Assembly (NCBI GenBank): GCA_013177895.1
Contig: JABLXV010000001.1
Span: 22,056 to 86,055 of the forward strand
From: Brevinematales bacterium
GTDB taxonomy: Bacteria; Spirochaetota; Brevinematia; Brevinematales; GWF1-51-8
Length of the DNA: 64,000 bases
Reading direction: 5' to 3'
This document shows positions 36,454 to 45,541 of the stretch, in pieces; the first letter of the stretch is position 1, and each line of letters begins with the position of its first letter. Under the pieces are notes generated by a model. It was given only the letters and a program-made list of their open reading frames with translations. It made no database searches and was not told the DNA's origin. The position numbers and the translations under genes were made by a program.

Positions 36454-38097
36454 CTATTTCAGGTTGTACAAAAAGTACGTATTGGTCGGCGACATCCCGG
36501 TATCCTTGAAATTCAGCTTCACCGTCTCATCCTTGTCGCTCAGGTTAATCACCACCACGATACTATCGTCGAGACCGTACCGCAGGTAGGCGATAATCCT
36601 CGAATCGCTCGTAGTTATCACGACGATTTCGCCGCGTTTCAATGAGGGCTCTGACTTACGCAGGGCGATCAGCTTCTTATACGTATTCCACAGCGAGCCG
36701 GGGTCTTTCATCTGCGCCTCGACATTATTCCCTTTGCCGCCGGATGTATAGACGGATATCCACGGTTTACCGGCGGTGAACCCGTTCGCGTTACCCTCGC
36801 CCCACTTCATGGGGTTGTACTGTCCCTGCAGCGCGTACTCGGTGCCGTGGTAAATATAGGGGGTTCCGGGGAATGTCAGTAATAGCGCGGCGGCGGCCTT
36901 GAGACGGTCGTCGCCCTTCCCGATAGCCTCGACCAGACGCGGGACGTCATGGTTTTCGAGGAACGAAGCGAAGTAATTCTGCGGGATATCCTTCGGGCGG
37001 TTTTTCAGCAAATTGATGAGCCCGTACTTGGAGCCTGCCTTCAGCGCGTCGCGAACGGTATACATGAACGCGAAACTGAAGCACTGGTCGAACCCCTGAC
37101 CGCCGAGGTAGTATTTCGCGACCACCGCGTCGGACTCCCAGACCTCTCCGACACTCATCGCCTCCGGCTTGGTTTTCTTGATATTCGTCTGGTACTGCTT
37201 CAGATATGCCATAGTCGAGGCGGTATCCGCCTGCTGGGGATGAGGCCCTTCCTCGATCAGGTAACGGATAGCGTCGAGACGATACCCGTCCACTCCCATA
37301 TCGAGCCAGTACGACGCGATTTTCAGGAACTCCTGCCGGACGCCGGGAGTGTTAAAATTGAACTCGCCGCCCCATGTGGCGTAGTAGTATTCCTTTCGGA
37401 TTTTATCGAAATGCCAGACGTCGGCGGGTTTTCCGCCGCCCCACGGGTTCTGCCACTTTCCTTCGGGGATAGTCTTCGACCAGATAAACCAATCCTTATA
37501 TTTAGGGTCTTTCTTCTCCGACGCCTGGAACCACGCGCTGTTGGTCGCGCCGTGATTGATCACCATATCCATAATGACCTTGACGCCTATCGAATGGGCT
37601 TTCGTGATATAATTTTTATACTGGTCGATTGTGCCGTAATCGGGGTCGGTCGCGTAATAGTCGATCGCCTCATAGCCGAGGGCGCGCCCGATACCGCCGT
37701 CATGGAAACTTTTAAACACCGGCAGCGTCCACACCGCGGTCGCGCCGAGATTGGTGATATAGTCGATCTTTTCGGTCAGCCCCGCGAAGTCCCCGACGCC
37801 GTTACCGTCGCTGTCGTAGAAACTGCGGACATAGAGCTGATAAACCACCGCGTCCTTCCACCATCCCGGGGTCGCATCGACCTTCGACGGGTTGCAGAAG
37901 TTGGAAATTTTTATTATCTTGACCTCGTAGGGTTTCATATCGAGGGTATACCCGTTAAAAGTCTCAGGCGTGAGGTCGGGGATATTCCCGTAGACAAACC
38001 CCGCTGGGTTCGGGGGGAGGTCGGGGCGGGTCTGCCCGCATGCGGCGAACAGGGATAATAATAACATTACCGTCAGGACGGATAACACTTTTTTCAT
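36454..38097 (-). CDS. GH13 alpha-amylase family lipoprotein
   Basis: I prefer the ATG at 38097. The lipobox is LSLFAACG. GH13 regions are DAVVYQLYVRSFYDSDGNGVGDF, VIMDMVINH, GVDGYRLDAIRY, VGEVW and FLENHD. Confidence 0.88.
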   Translation of the reverse strand: MKKVLSVLTVMLLLSLFAACGQTRPDLPPNPAGFVYGNIPDLTPETFNGYTLDMKPYEVKIIKISNFCNPSKVDATPGWWKDAVVYQLYVRSFYDSDGNGVGDFAGLTEKIDYITNLGATAVWTLPVFKSFHDGGIGRALGYEAIDYYATDPDYGTIDQYKNYITKAHSIGVKVIMDMVINHGATNSAWFQASEKKDPKYKDWFIWSKTIPEGKWQNPWGGGKPADVWHFDKIRKEYYYATWGGEFNFNTPGVRQEFLKIASYWLDMGVDGYRLDAIRYLIEEGPHPQQADTASTMAYLKQYQTNIKKTKPEAMSVGEVWESDAVVAKYYLGGQGFDQCFSFAFMYTVRDALKAGSKYGLINLLKNRPKDIPQNYFASFLENHDVPRLVEAIGKGDDRLKAAAALLLTFPGTPYIYHGTEYALQGQYNPMKWGEGNANGFTAGKPWISVYTSGGKGNNVEAQMKDPGSLWNTYKKLIALRKSEPSLKRGEIVVITTSDSRIIAYLRYGLDDSIVVVINLSDKDETVKLNFKDTGMSPTNTYFLYNLK

Positions 38098-38381
38098 GGC
38101 GCGCTCCATGCTATTTATTTGTCATATTGTAACACGGATGCGGGAAATGTAAAGGAATTAATCCGATGGGGGCGGGAGCGCACGGAAATCGAGTGCCCGA
38201 AGGGCGTATCGGGATTTCCGGTTCGCGGCGCATCGGCGGGGGTAAATACGGAACAGCCTCTACGGCCTCAATATATCCCGCGCTTCACGCGCGACACTCG
38301 ATAACCGGACGGCAACCCCACTGCCGCGCAGTCTAACCCCATCACGCAATACTAATATATCCTCAGCCGCGAGCCTGCGAC

Positions 38382-38405
38382 GTCACCCTGAGCAATGTCG
38401 AAGGG
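38382..38405 (+). repeat. A-family unit
   Basis: The unit reads gtcaccctgagcaatgtcgaaggg. A 6-bp stem (caccct/agggtg) is possible. Confidence 0.85.
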
Positions 38406-38429
38406 TGTCAGGACACTCAAGAGCCCATG

Positions 38430-38461
38430 GCACTTTCTTTCTTGCAGAAGAAAGAAAGTGC
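38430..38461. repeat. Perfect 14-bp-stem hairpin (ACTTTCTTTC core)
   Basis: The left arm gcactttctttctt, loop gcag and right arm aagaaagaaagtgc were verified position by position. Confidence 0.9.
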
Positions 38462-38567
38462 CCAAAGAAAGACTGCCCGCCTTGATGCCGCTCCTGAGAA
38501 GAGTGACGCGAAACGGGAAACGCCGTAACTCCTCCCCCGCTTTACTGGATCGGCCGACCCGCCATCC
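38462..38567 (-). repeat. D-family repeat, copy 1 (inverted relative to 57119..57222)
   Basis: The reverse complement aligns with 57119-57222. A 33-nt perfect core, aaagcgggggaggagttacggcgtttcccgttt, lies at 38511-38543 (as complement) and at 57143-57175. Confidence 0.85.
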
Positions 38568-38910
38568 ATGGCTCCTGTCGGCACTTCCCCCGTCCTTTGG
38601 GGTCGTCGAACAACGGCGTTTCCATCCGTTTCGCTTAGAAGAGTCACGGCATAGCGACGGGGGTAAATACACAACAGCCAAAAACAAAGACGGAATACAA
38701 AGTTCTTTCATTCCCCGGCTGTTTTGTCTTTTGCATTTTCTTTCCTCCGCGCTTAATAAAGCGCTTCCCGCTACCGGGAAATCCGACCGAGGGCGTTTGT
38801 CCGATGCTCACCCGCTTTCGCTTTTGACGAGCATATCATGCGAGTTACGCCCGACTCGGATTCCCCGGCTCTTTCCCGAAGCTTTATCATTGCGCGGCAT
38901 CCTTACTTTG

Positions 38911-38942
38911 TTACTTTCTTTCCGATGCGGGAAAGAAAGTAA
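38911..38942. repeat. 13-bp-stem hairpin with the same ACTTTCTTTC core
   Basis: The left arm ttactttctttcc, loop gatgcg and right arm ggaaagaaagtaa are related to the hairpin at 38430-38461. Confidence 0.9.
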
Positions 38943-38983
38943 ATTGCTTTCATACATATGAACGCGGATAAAATTCCGCCATT

Positions 38984-39098
38984 CAGTATATCCGAATATT
39001 TCTTGCAATTCGCGCGCGCTCCAGCATTCAATACCTTCGAGTAGATAGCGGGCTTCTTCAAATTTCTGAAACAATTCATGGATTAATTCTTGTTTCAT
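38984..39098 (-). pseudogene. Truncated N-terminal fragment of a DinD (DNA-damage-inducible protein D)-like gene
   Basis: MKQELIHELFQKFEEARYLLEGIECWSARELQEIFGYTEWRNFIRV matches the DinD N-terminal pattern (..FE......G.E.W.AR.L...LGY..WRNF..V). After that the ORF runs into repeat sequence with no further similarity. Confidence 0.55.
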
Positions 39099-39111
39099 GT
39101 TTTTCTCCTTT

Positions 39112-39414
39112 TTAACCCTCATTGACGATGCTATTGAGAAGTTTATGATCTAGTAAAATCAAATGGTCGCCAGTTATTAATTCTTTGCTTTTATCTCTGA
39201 TGTAATCATGCACCAATTCCTTTTTATCAGAGCCCATATTTCGTAATAATTCCACAACAACATATGTAACAATGTAGTGTAAGTTACATGAATGGCAATC
39301 GACTTGAAATAAATGGTCATGCTCAGCCATTAAAAGATGTTCTCCTGGGGTAAAGCGCATTAATTTTTTGGTGGCGTTTCGATTGCATATGGAACACGTG
39401 TTTTCATTATTCAT
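39112..39414 (-). CDS. Hypothetical small protein with four-Cys zinc-ribbon-like N-terminus
   Basis: 100 aa. CSIC occurs at residues 7-10 and CHSC at 40-43. The gene is AT-rich and is the last gene of the low-GC island. Confidence 0.5.
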   Translation of the reverse strand: MNNENTCSICNRNATKKLMRFTPGEHLLMAEHDHLFQVDCHSCNLHYIVTYVVVELLRNMGSDKKELVHDYIRDKSKELITGDHLILLDHKLLNSIVNEG

Positions 39415-39435
39415 ATTTTTCTCCTGTATAATTTT

Positions 39436-40449
39436 TTATCTAAATCCAAAAAAGTCTTGAATACTATCGATTTCTAAATAATCTCCAAAACCAATACTGC
39501 CTTCCAGATAAACATAATACAGATCCTGAAAATCAAATTTGGATAAATAGTATTTGAATCCAAGTGAAATATAGACAGGCATATTCATATATCCCCATTG
39601 CAGTTTTGTCCTATAAGAAGCATTTAAATCCAAATATGGAGTTTGTAATAATCCTGCTTCAACTTCAAGATATACATCTTTCCTAGTTTTATATGAAGGA
39701 TAAGTATATAAAGGTAAAAGAATTCTTAGTACAGGATAGGAGGTGACATTTTGGATATGGATAAATCTTAATAGTGATAAACCGAAACCAAATTTCTTGG
39801 ATATTATCAAATTTAGATCAAGAAACTCTCCCTCCCAGCTTCCTCCCGGTAAACTATTAAGATTAAGAATTATATTTACATAACTATACCAAAATAAATG
39901 GGATGAATCATTATATGAAACTGAAGGTTTTTGATAAGAAACATTTGCATTCTGCTCTTCCTCAAGAAAAAAAGAAGTTGAAACTGAGGTAATTATCTCT
40001 CTTGTATATATATCAACCAAGCGGGCATTTATTGAAATTTCCCCGTTTATTTCAGAAACGGTTCCTAATAAAACATAATCGGCTCCGATCATCTGCCCAA
40101 TTTTCTCTAGCTTTTTACTATCAACTACTCCCGATAAAGCTAATTTTTGTTCTTTCACTAAGACATTTAGTTGAGCGTTTTCTACTACCGTAAAACCTTT
40201 TTGACGTAACATATTAACCAATTTTTCTGAAAAATCCATTGCGATAATTGCTATTTCTTTATTATTATATGAAACAAAATTTGCAACTGCGATCACTCCA
40301 TCATTAGGCAAAACATACCATTTGATCTTATCAATTATTATGTTTGCGGAATCTTCTGACTTTTTTACTATCGATTGATTTGAGCAACTTGAAATCAATA
40401 AAAAGATCATAATTATGGCAAAGATTAATTTAAAACAATATTTTTGCAT
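39436..40449 (-). CDS. Lipoprotein with CsgG/LpoB-like N-terminal domain and beta-rich C-terminal domain
   Basis: 337 aa with lipobox LLISSC. The segment VIAVANFVSYNN..FSEKLVNMLRQKGFTVVENAQLNVLVKEQKLALSGVVD..IGQMIGADYVLLGTV matches the CsgG/LpoB-type pattern. The C-terminal ~170 aa are aromatic-rich and alternating, ending DFFGFR. Confidence 0.6.
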   Translation of the reverse strand: MQKYCFKLIFAIIMIFLLISSCSNQSIVKKSEDSANIIIDKIKWYVLPNDGVIAVANFVSYNNKEIAIIAMDFSEKLVNMLRQKGFTVVENAQLNVLVKEQKLALSGVVDSKKLEKIGQMIGADYVLLGTVSEINGEISINARLVDIYTREIITSVSTSFFLEEEQNANVSYQKPSVSYNDSSHLFWYSYVNIILNLNSLPGGSWEGEFLDLNLIISKKFGFGLSLLRFIHIQNVTSYPVLRILLPLYTYPSYKTRKDVYLEVEAGLLQTPYLDLNASYRTKLQWGYMNMPVYISLGFKYYLSKFDFQDLYYVYLEGSIGFGDYLEIDSIQDFFGFR

Positions 40450-40462
40450 TCTATTATTTCAA

Positions 40463-40846
40463 TTAATTGATATTTAGATTAAACTTATAGTTTTCATCAT
40501 TTCTAATGAATTTATTAAAGAATTTTCCTTTCGAAGGTGAATTAATAAACTCTTCCCAAAAATATGATTTCATACCTTCATATATATAATACTTTTTACC
40601 TTTTACAAAAAATATTAAAAAGACTCCTCTTTTACTATTATAAAAATATATTAGCTTTTCTATTGCGGTACTGTCAGGCATAACAGAATAAAAAGTAAAA
40701 TTATCAAAGTAAAACTTCGTCGCCTCTTCTTCAGAATAAAAATTCTGATATTCTTCTTCACTCCTACTCTTACTAGTACATGATAAAACGATTAAGCCTA
40801 AAAAAAAGATAATAAAAGTGGTTTTAATAAGATTTCTTCTATTCAT
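40463..40846 (-). CDS. Lipoprotein with KTSC-like domain
   Basis: 127 aa with lipobox IVLSC. The segment IEKLIYFYNSKRGVFLIFFVKGKKYYIYEGMKSYFWEEFINSPSKGKFFNKFIR resembles the KTSC pattern (Y....L.v.F..G..Y.Y..v.......f..a.SkG.yfn..Ir). Confidence 0.55.
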   Translation of the reverse strand: MNRRNLIKTTFIIFFLGLIVLSCTSKSRSEEEYQNFYSEEEATKFYFDNFTFYSVMPDSTAIEKLIYFYNSKRGVFLIFFVKGKKYYIYEGMKSYFWEEFINSPSKGKFFNKFIRNDENYKFNLNIN

Positions 40847-40910
40847 TTGATAATTATAATTACTTATTTTTATTTGTCAATATAGATGTGTTCATTTATA
40901 AAAAGGGAGG

Positions 40911-41123
40911 TCATTTTTTATAATATTTTTTTATCAATCCGATGATAAATTGTATAATTGCGAGAGGGATAGAAATTATAAATAATACTACTAGTATTAA
41001 ACTAATTATCCCATCAAGTAATGGCGCTATATAAATATGAAAATAAATTAATAAACATACTCCCGCAATAAATGCCATTGCAAAAAGCCAACCTAGCAAA
41101 CCTTCTTTTAAAAATTTTAACAT
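40911..41123 (-). CDS. Small two-TM membrane protein
   Basis: 70 aa with two long hydrophobic segments and a KKYYKK tail. It is the first gene of the low-GC island. Confidence 0.5.
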   Translation of the reverse strand: MLKFLKEGLLGWLFAMAFIAGVCLLIYFHIYIAPLLDGIISLILVVLFIISIPLAIIQFIIGLIKKYYKK

Positions 41124-41204
41124 TAAATAATCTCACTTATTATTTTATGCTATACTAATATCCAAAAATCATGTGGTTTTAAATCTTTTCGCCTTCAATA
41201 AAAT

Positions 41205-41226
41205 CCCCCGCCTGTTACAGCGGGGG
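41205..41226 (-). terminator. Terminator hairpin downstream of rpoD (island boundary)
   Basis: Stem CCCCCGC (41205-41211) pairs with GCGGGGG (41220-41226). On the minus strand it is followed by ATTTTATT. It lies 20 nt past the rpoD stop. Confidence 0.65.
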
Positions 41227-41246
41227 GATATTTTACTTTGATTCGT

Positions 41247-42944
<1,698 letters not shown>

Positions 42945-42958
42945 AATCTATATCTCCT

Positions 42959-44761
42959 CTATATTTTTTCAATTTCATACTGCGAGATGAATGACTTGAT
43001 GTCTTCCAACTCCAGCGCCCATTGCTGCATCTCCCGGAGGATTTCGTCTATCCGTTTCGCCCCGCCTTCAGAGGGAGGGTTTTTCTCGAGACGGGCGATT
43101 TCGCTCCGTAACGCGGCGGTCTTGTTATGCACATATCTCGCGCGCAGACGGTAGGCCGCGATAAATCCGGGGTTCAATTCGGGGCGGAGACAGTAATGAC
43201 TTACCTCTTCGGTAAGCGTTTTGTTGTTCACCCGCGCGAGAATTCCCTGAGTGGGCTCCGTCATATCGCCGAGCATACTTTCGTACAGGTCGCGGAACTC
43301 CTGGTTCGCGATCATCTCCGGCTCGATCACTTTCGACGTCTCCGGTAAAAGTTTCATATCGGAGATCACCGCCGCGAGATAATCGAGTTCCAACTGGTCG
43401 ACCTTGGCCTCGGCGTTTTTATTTTCCTGCCGGACAAATTGCCCGACCGGTTTCTTCTTTAAAAAATTCCCGTACTCTTCCTTAATAATCTCCGTGTCTT
43501 CCCGTAAAAAATCCGCCGTCGCCTTGAGGGAGTTCTGGCGGAGCACGGCGCTCTTGAGCTTCTCTATATAAGTGAATAGGACTGTGATAAACTTCAGCTT
43601 GTTCTTCCCGGGATCGATCCGTTTCGCGTTAAACCGAATCTTGAAATCGATTGGCTCCAGCTTTTTCGCGGATACGAACTCCGTGAACTCCTTCCCGCCC
43701 TTCGACATCACAAAATCGTAGGGGTCCATCTTATTCGGCAGGATGACGACCGAATGCGGGATATCGGTGCCGGAAAGCGCCGTCAGGTCTAGCGCCCGAT
43801 CCGCCGCCTTCACCCCGGCGTCGTCGCCGTCGAAAATAAACGTTACATCCTCGCAAAAGCGCTTCAAGACGATCAATTGGCTTTCGGTAAGCGCGGTTCC
43901 GAGCGGCGCGACCGCGTTTTTTATCCCGTGCTGGTACAGCGCGATTACATCCATGTACCCCTCGACCACCAGTGCGTGACCGGTGCGGGAGATTTCCTCC
44001 TTCGCGAAATTTAACGCGAATAACTGACTGCCCTTATGAAAAATGGGGGTTTCCCCGCTGTTCAGGTACTTCGCGGCGGTCTTATCTTCGGTCAGTATCC
44101 TTCCCCCGAAACCGATAATCCGGTCGCGGATATCCATAATGGGGAATATCACCCTGTCTTTAAAACGGTTAAATACGCCCTGCTTTCCTTTCACCGCGAG
44201 CGACCCGGTAATCATCTCCTCATCGTTGTAGCCCTGTTCCCTGAGATGGTCGGTCAGCCCCTGCCATGAGGAACCGCCGTAGCCTATACGGAACATCTTG
44301 ATCATCTCGGGGCTGATATTCCTGCCCTTGAGATACTGCATCGCGATACCGCCGTTCTCCGCCCCCTTGGGGTCGGTGAGATTGCGGTAAAAATACTTCA
44401 TCGCTTCCGTCTGTAAGGCAAAAAGACGATCTTTCTGCCTGTTATCGGAGGCCTCCCCGTCATCGGAATACTTGGATAGATCAATACCCGCGATCTTCGC
44501 GAGCTCTTCGAGAGATTCCCGGAAAGTGAGCTTGCGGTACTCCTTCAGGAACGTGATAGCGTTCCCGGAAGCCCCGCAGCCGAAACAGTGATACAGCCCC
44601 TTGTCGTCGCTGATCGAGAACGAGGGTGTTTTTTCGTTATGAAAGGGACATAAAGCCAAATGGTTTCTATTACTGCTCTTGTTTACCTCAATGTATTGAC
44701 CGATTAACTCAGAGACCGAAACCCTCGTCAGTATTTCATCGATAACGTTCTGCGGTATCAC
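42959..44761 (-). CDS. dnaG: DNA primase
   Basis: 600 aa. The CHC2 zinc finger is CPFHNEKTPSF..YHCFGCGASGNAITF. The TOPRIM region is LVVEGYMDVIAL...FDGDDAGVKAA. The dnaG-rpoD synteny is the classical arrangement. Confidence 0.95.
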   Translation of the reverse strand: MIPQNVIDEILTRVSVSELIGQYIEVNKSSNRNHLALCPFHNEKTPSFSISDDKGLYHCFGCGASGNAITFLKEYRKLTFRESLEELAKIAGIDLSKYSDDGEASDNRQKDRLFALQTEAMKYFYRNLTDPKGAENGGIAMQYLKGRNISPEMIKMFRIGYGGSSWQGLTDHLREQGYNDEEMITGSLAVKGKQGVFNRFKDRVIFPIMDIRDRIIGFGGRILTEDKTAAKYLNSGETPIFHKGSQLFALNFAKEEISRTGHALVVEGYMDVIALYQHGIKNAVAPLGTALTESQLIVLKRFCEDVTFIFDGDDAGVKAADRALDLTALSGTDIPHSVVILPNKMDPYDFVMSKGGKEFTEFVSAKKLEPIDFKIRFNAKRIDPGKNKLKFITVLFTYIEKLKSAVLRQNSLKATADFLREDTEIIKEEYGNFLKKKPVGQFVRQENKNAEAKVDQLELDYLAAVISDMKLLPETSKVIEPEMIANQEFRDLYESMLGDMTEPTQGILARVNNKTLTEEVSHYCLRPELNPGFIAAYRLRARYVHNKTAALRSEIARLEKNPPSEGGAKRIDEILREMQQWALELEDIKSFISQYEIEKI

Positions 44762-45044
44762 AAATTACCCCGTATTAATACGATGGTGCTTATATATACA
44801 GGAAAAGCACTTCGATTCCTAAATATAATGAAAATATTTTTTTATTCTATCCCGTCGTATTGTAATAATTTACTACCTTTTCCCGCTCCCGGCAAGTGCG
44901 CGGGGAATACTCTGATATCAGACAGATGTAAAATCGTAATGGTTTGTTTATGAGATATAAGAATCGGATTTTCAGGCGGATATCTTGAATAAAGGCTCCG
45001 CGCTCGCATTGCGGCTGCTAAACCCGGTAGAATTGCAACACACC

Positions 45045-45118
45045 GTCACCGCGAACTTAGTGAAGCGGTCTGGTTCACAATAACAGATTGCTTCGCCGCT
45101 TCGCGTCTCGCAATGACA
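45045..45118. repeat. Palindromic TGTCAYYGCGA-family element, compact copy 3
   Basis: The left arm is gtcaccgcgaacttagtgaagcggtct. A 13-nt spacer separates it from the right arm agattgcttcgccgcttcgcgtctcgcaatgaca. Confidence 0.8.
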
Positions 45119-45160
45119 CTTGGGTGGAGTGCAGAAACGGAGGTAGGAGGCCGTAGTCAG

Positions 45161-45284
45161 CGGCTAATCCCGATATGAACCGAGTAACGATTATAAAGAA
45201 ATAACCCGTGCTCAGAGGTTATTACCACTTTCAACACGGGCTGACTATTTCTACTATCGTAACGTTTGATATCGGGTCAAGCCG
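45161..45284 (+). repeat. C-family module, copy 2, bounded by imperfect inverted repeats
   Basis: The left end cggctaatcccgatat (45161-45176) matches the complement of atatcgggtcaagccg (45269-45284) at 13 of 16 positions. The internal box ataacccgtg lies at 45201-45210, and an acccgtg/cacgggc hairpin is possible. Confidence 0.7.
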
Positions 45285-45296
45285 TCACGCAGTGAC

Positions 45297-45381
45297 TGCC
45301 GGGAGCGGGGGTCGAACCCGCACGAGCATTACGCCCAAGGGATTTTAAGTCCCTTGTGTCTACCAGTTCCACCATCCCGGC
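45297..45381 (-). tRNA. tRNA-Leu (anticodon UAA)
   Basis: I folded the reverse complement gccgggatggtggaactggtagacacaagggacttaaaatccc...gggttcgacccccgctcccggca by hand. It gives a 7-bp acceptor stem, an anticodon loop CUUAAAA, a long variable arm and a T-loop GGTTCGA. No CCA is encoded. Confidence 0.93.
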
Positions 45382-45394
45382 GGGGTAAAATAAT

Positions 45395-45465
45395 AGGGGA
45401 TGGAGGGAATCGAACCCTCGGTGAAGGCTTTGCAGGCCCCGGCCTTACCACTTGGCTACATCCCC
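45395..45465 (-). tRNA. tRNA-Cys (anticodon GCA)
   Basis: The reverse complement is ggggatgtagccaagtggtaaggccggggcctgcaaagccttcaccgagggttcgattccctccatcccct. The acceptor stem is GGGGATG/CATCCCC, the anticodon loop is CTGCAAA, the T-arm is GAGGG-TTCGATT-CCCTC, and the discriminator is U, as expected for Cys. Confidence 0.92.
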
Positions 45466-45541
45466 ATCGGGAACAATATTATAACGAACGGCATATTTTC
45501 TGTCAAAGTTATCGGTATTCCCGCCTTGAATATGGAGAACC

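Noticed and set aside
38352-38961. Three mutually overlapping ORFs (119, 188 and 85 aa) in the amylase-island intergenic region
   Set aside because: They overlap one another in different frames and on both strands. They span hairpins and dispersed repeats, and differences between the two D-repeat copies are not codon-structured. I treat the region as non-coding.
45297-45381. tRNA-Leu as an integration site (att duplication) for the nearby low-GC island
   Set aside because: I found no second copy of the tRNA 3' end in the window. The island is separated from the tRNAs by the intact dnaG-rpoD pair, and no integrase is present.
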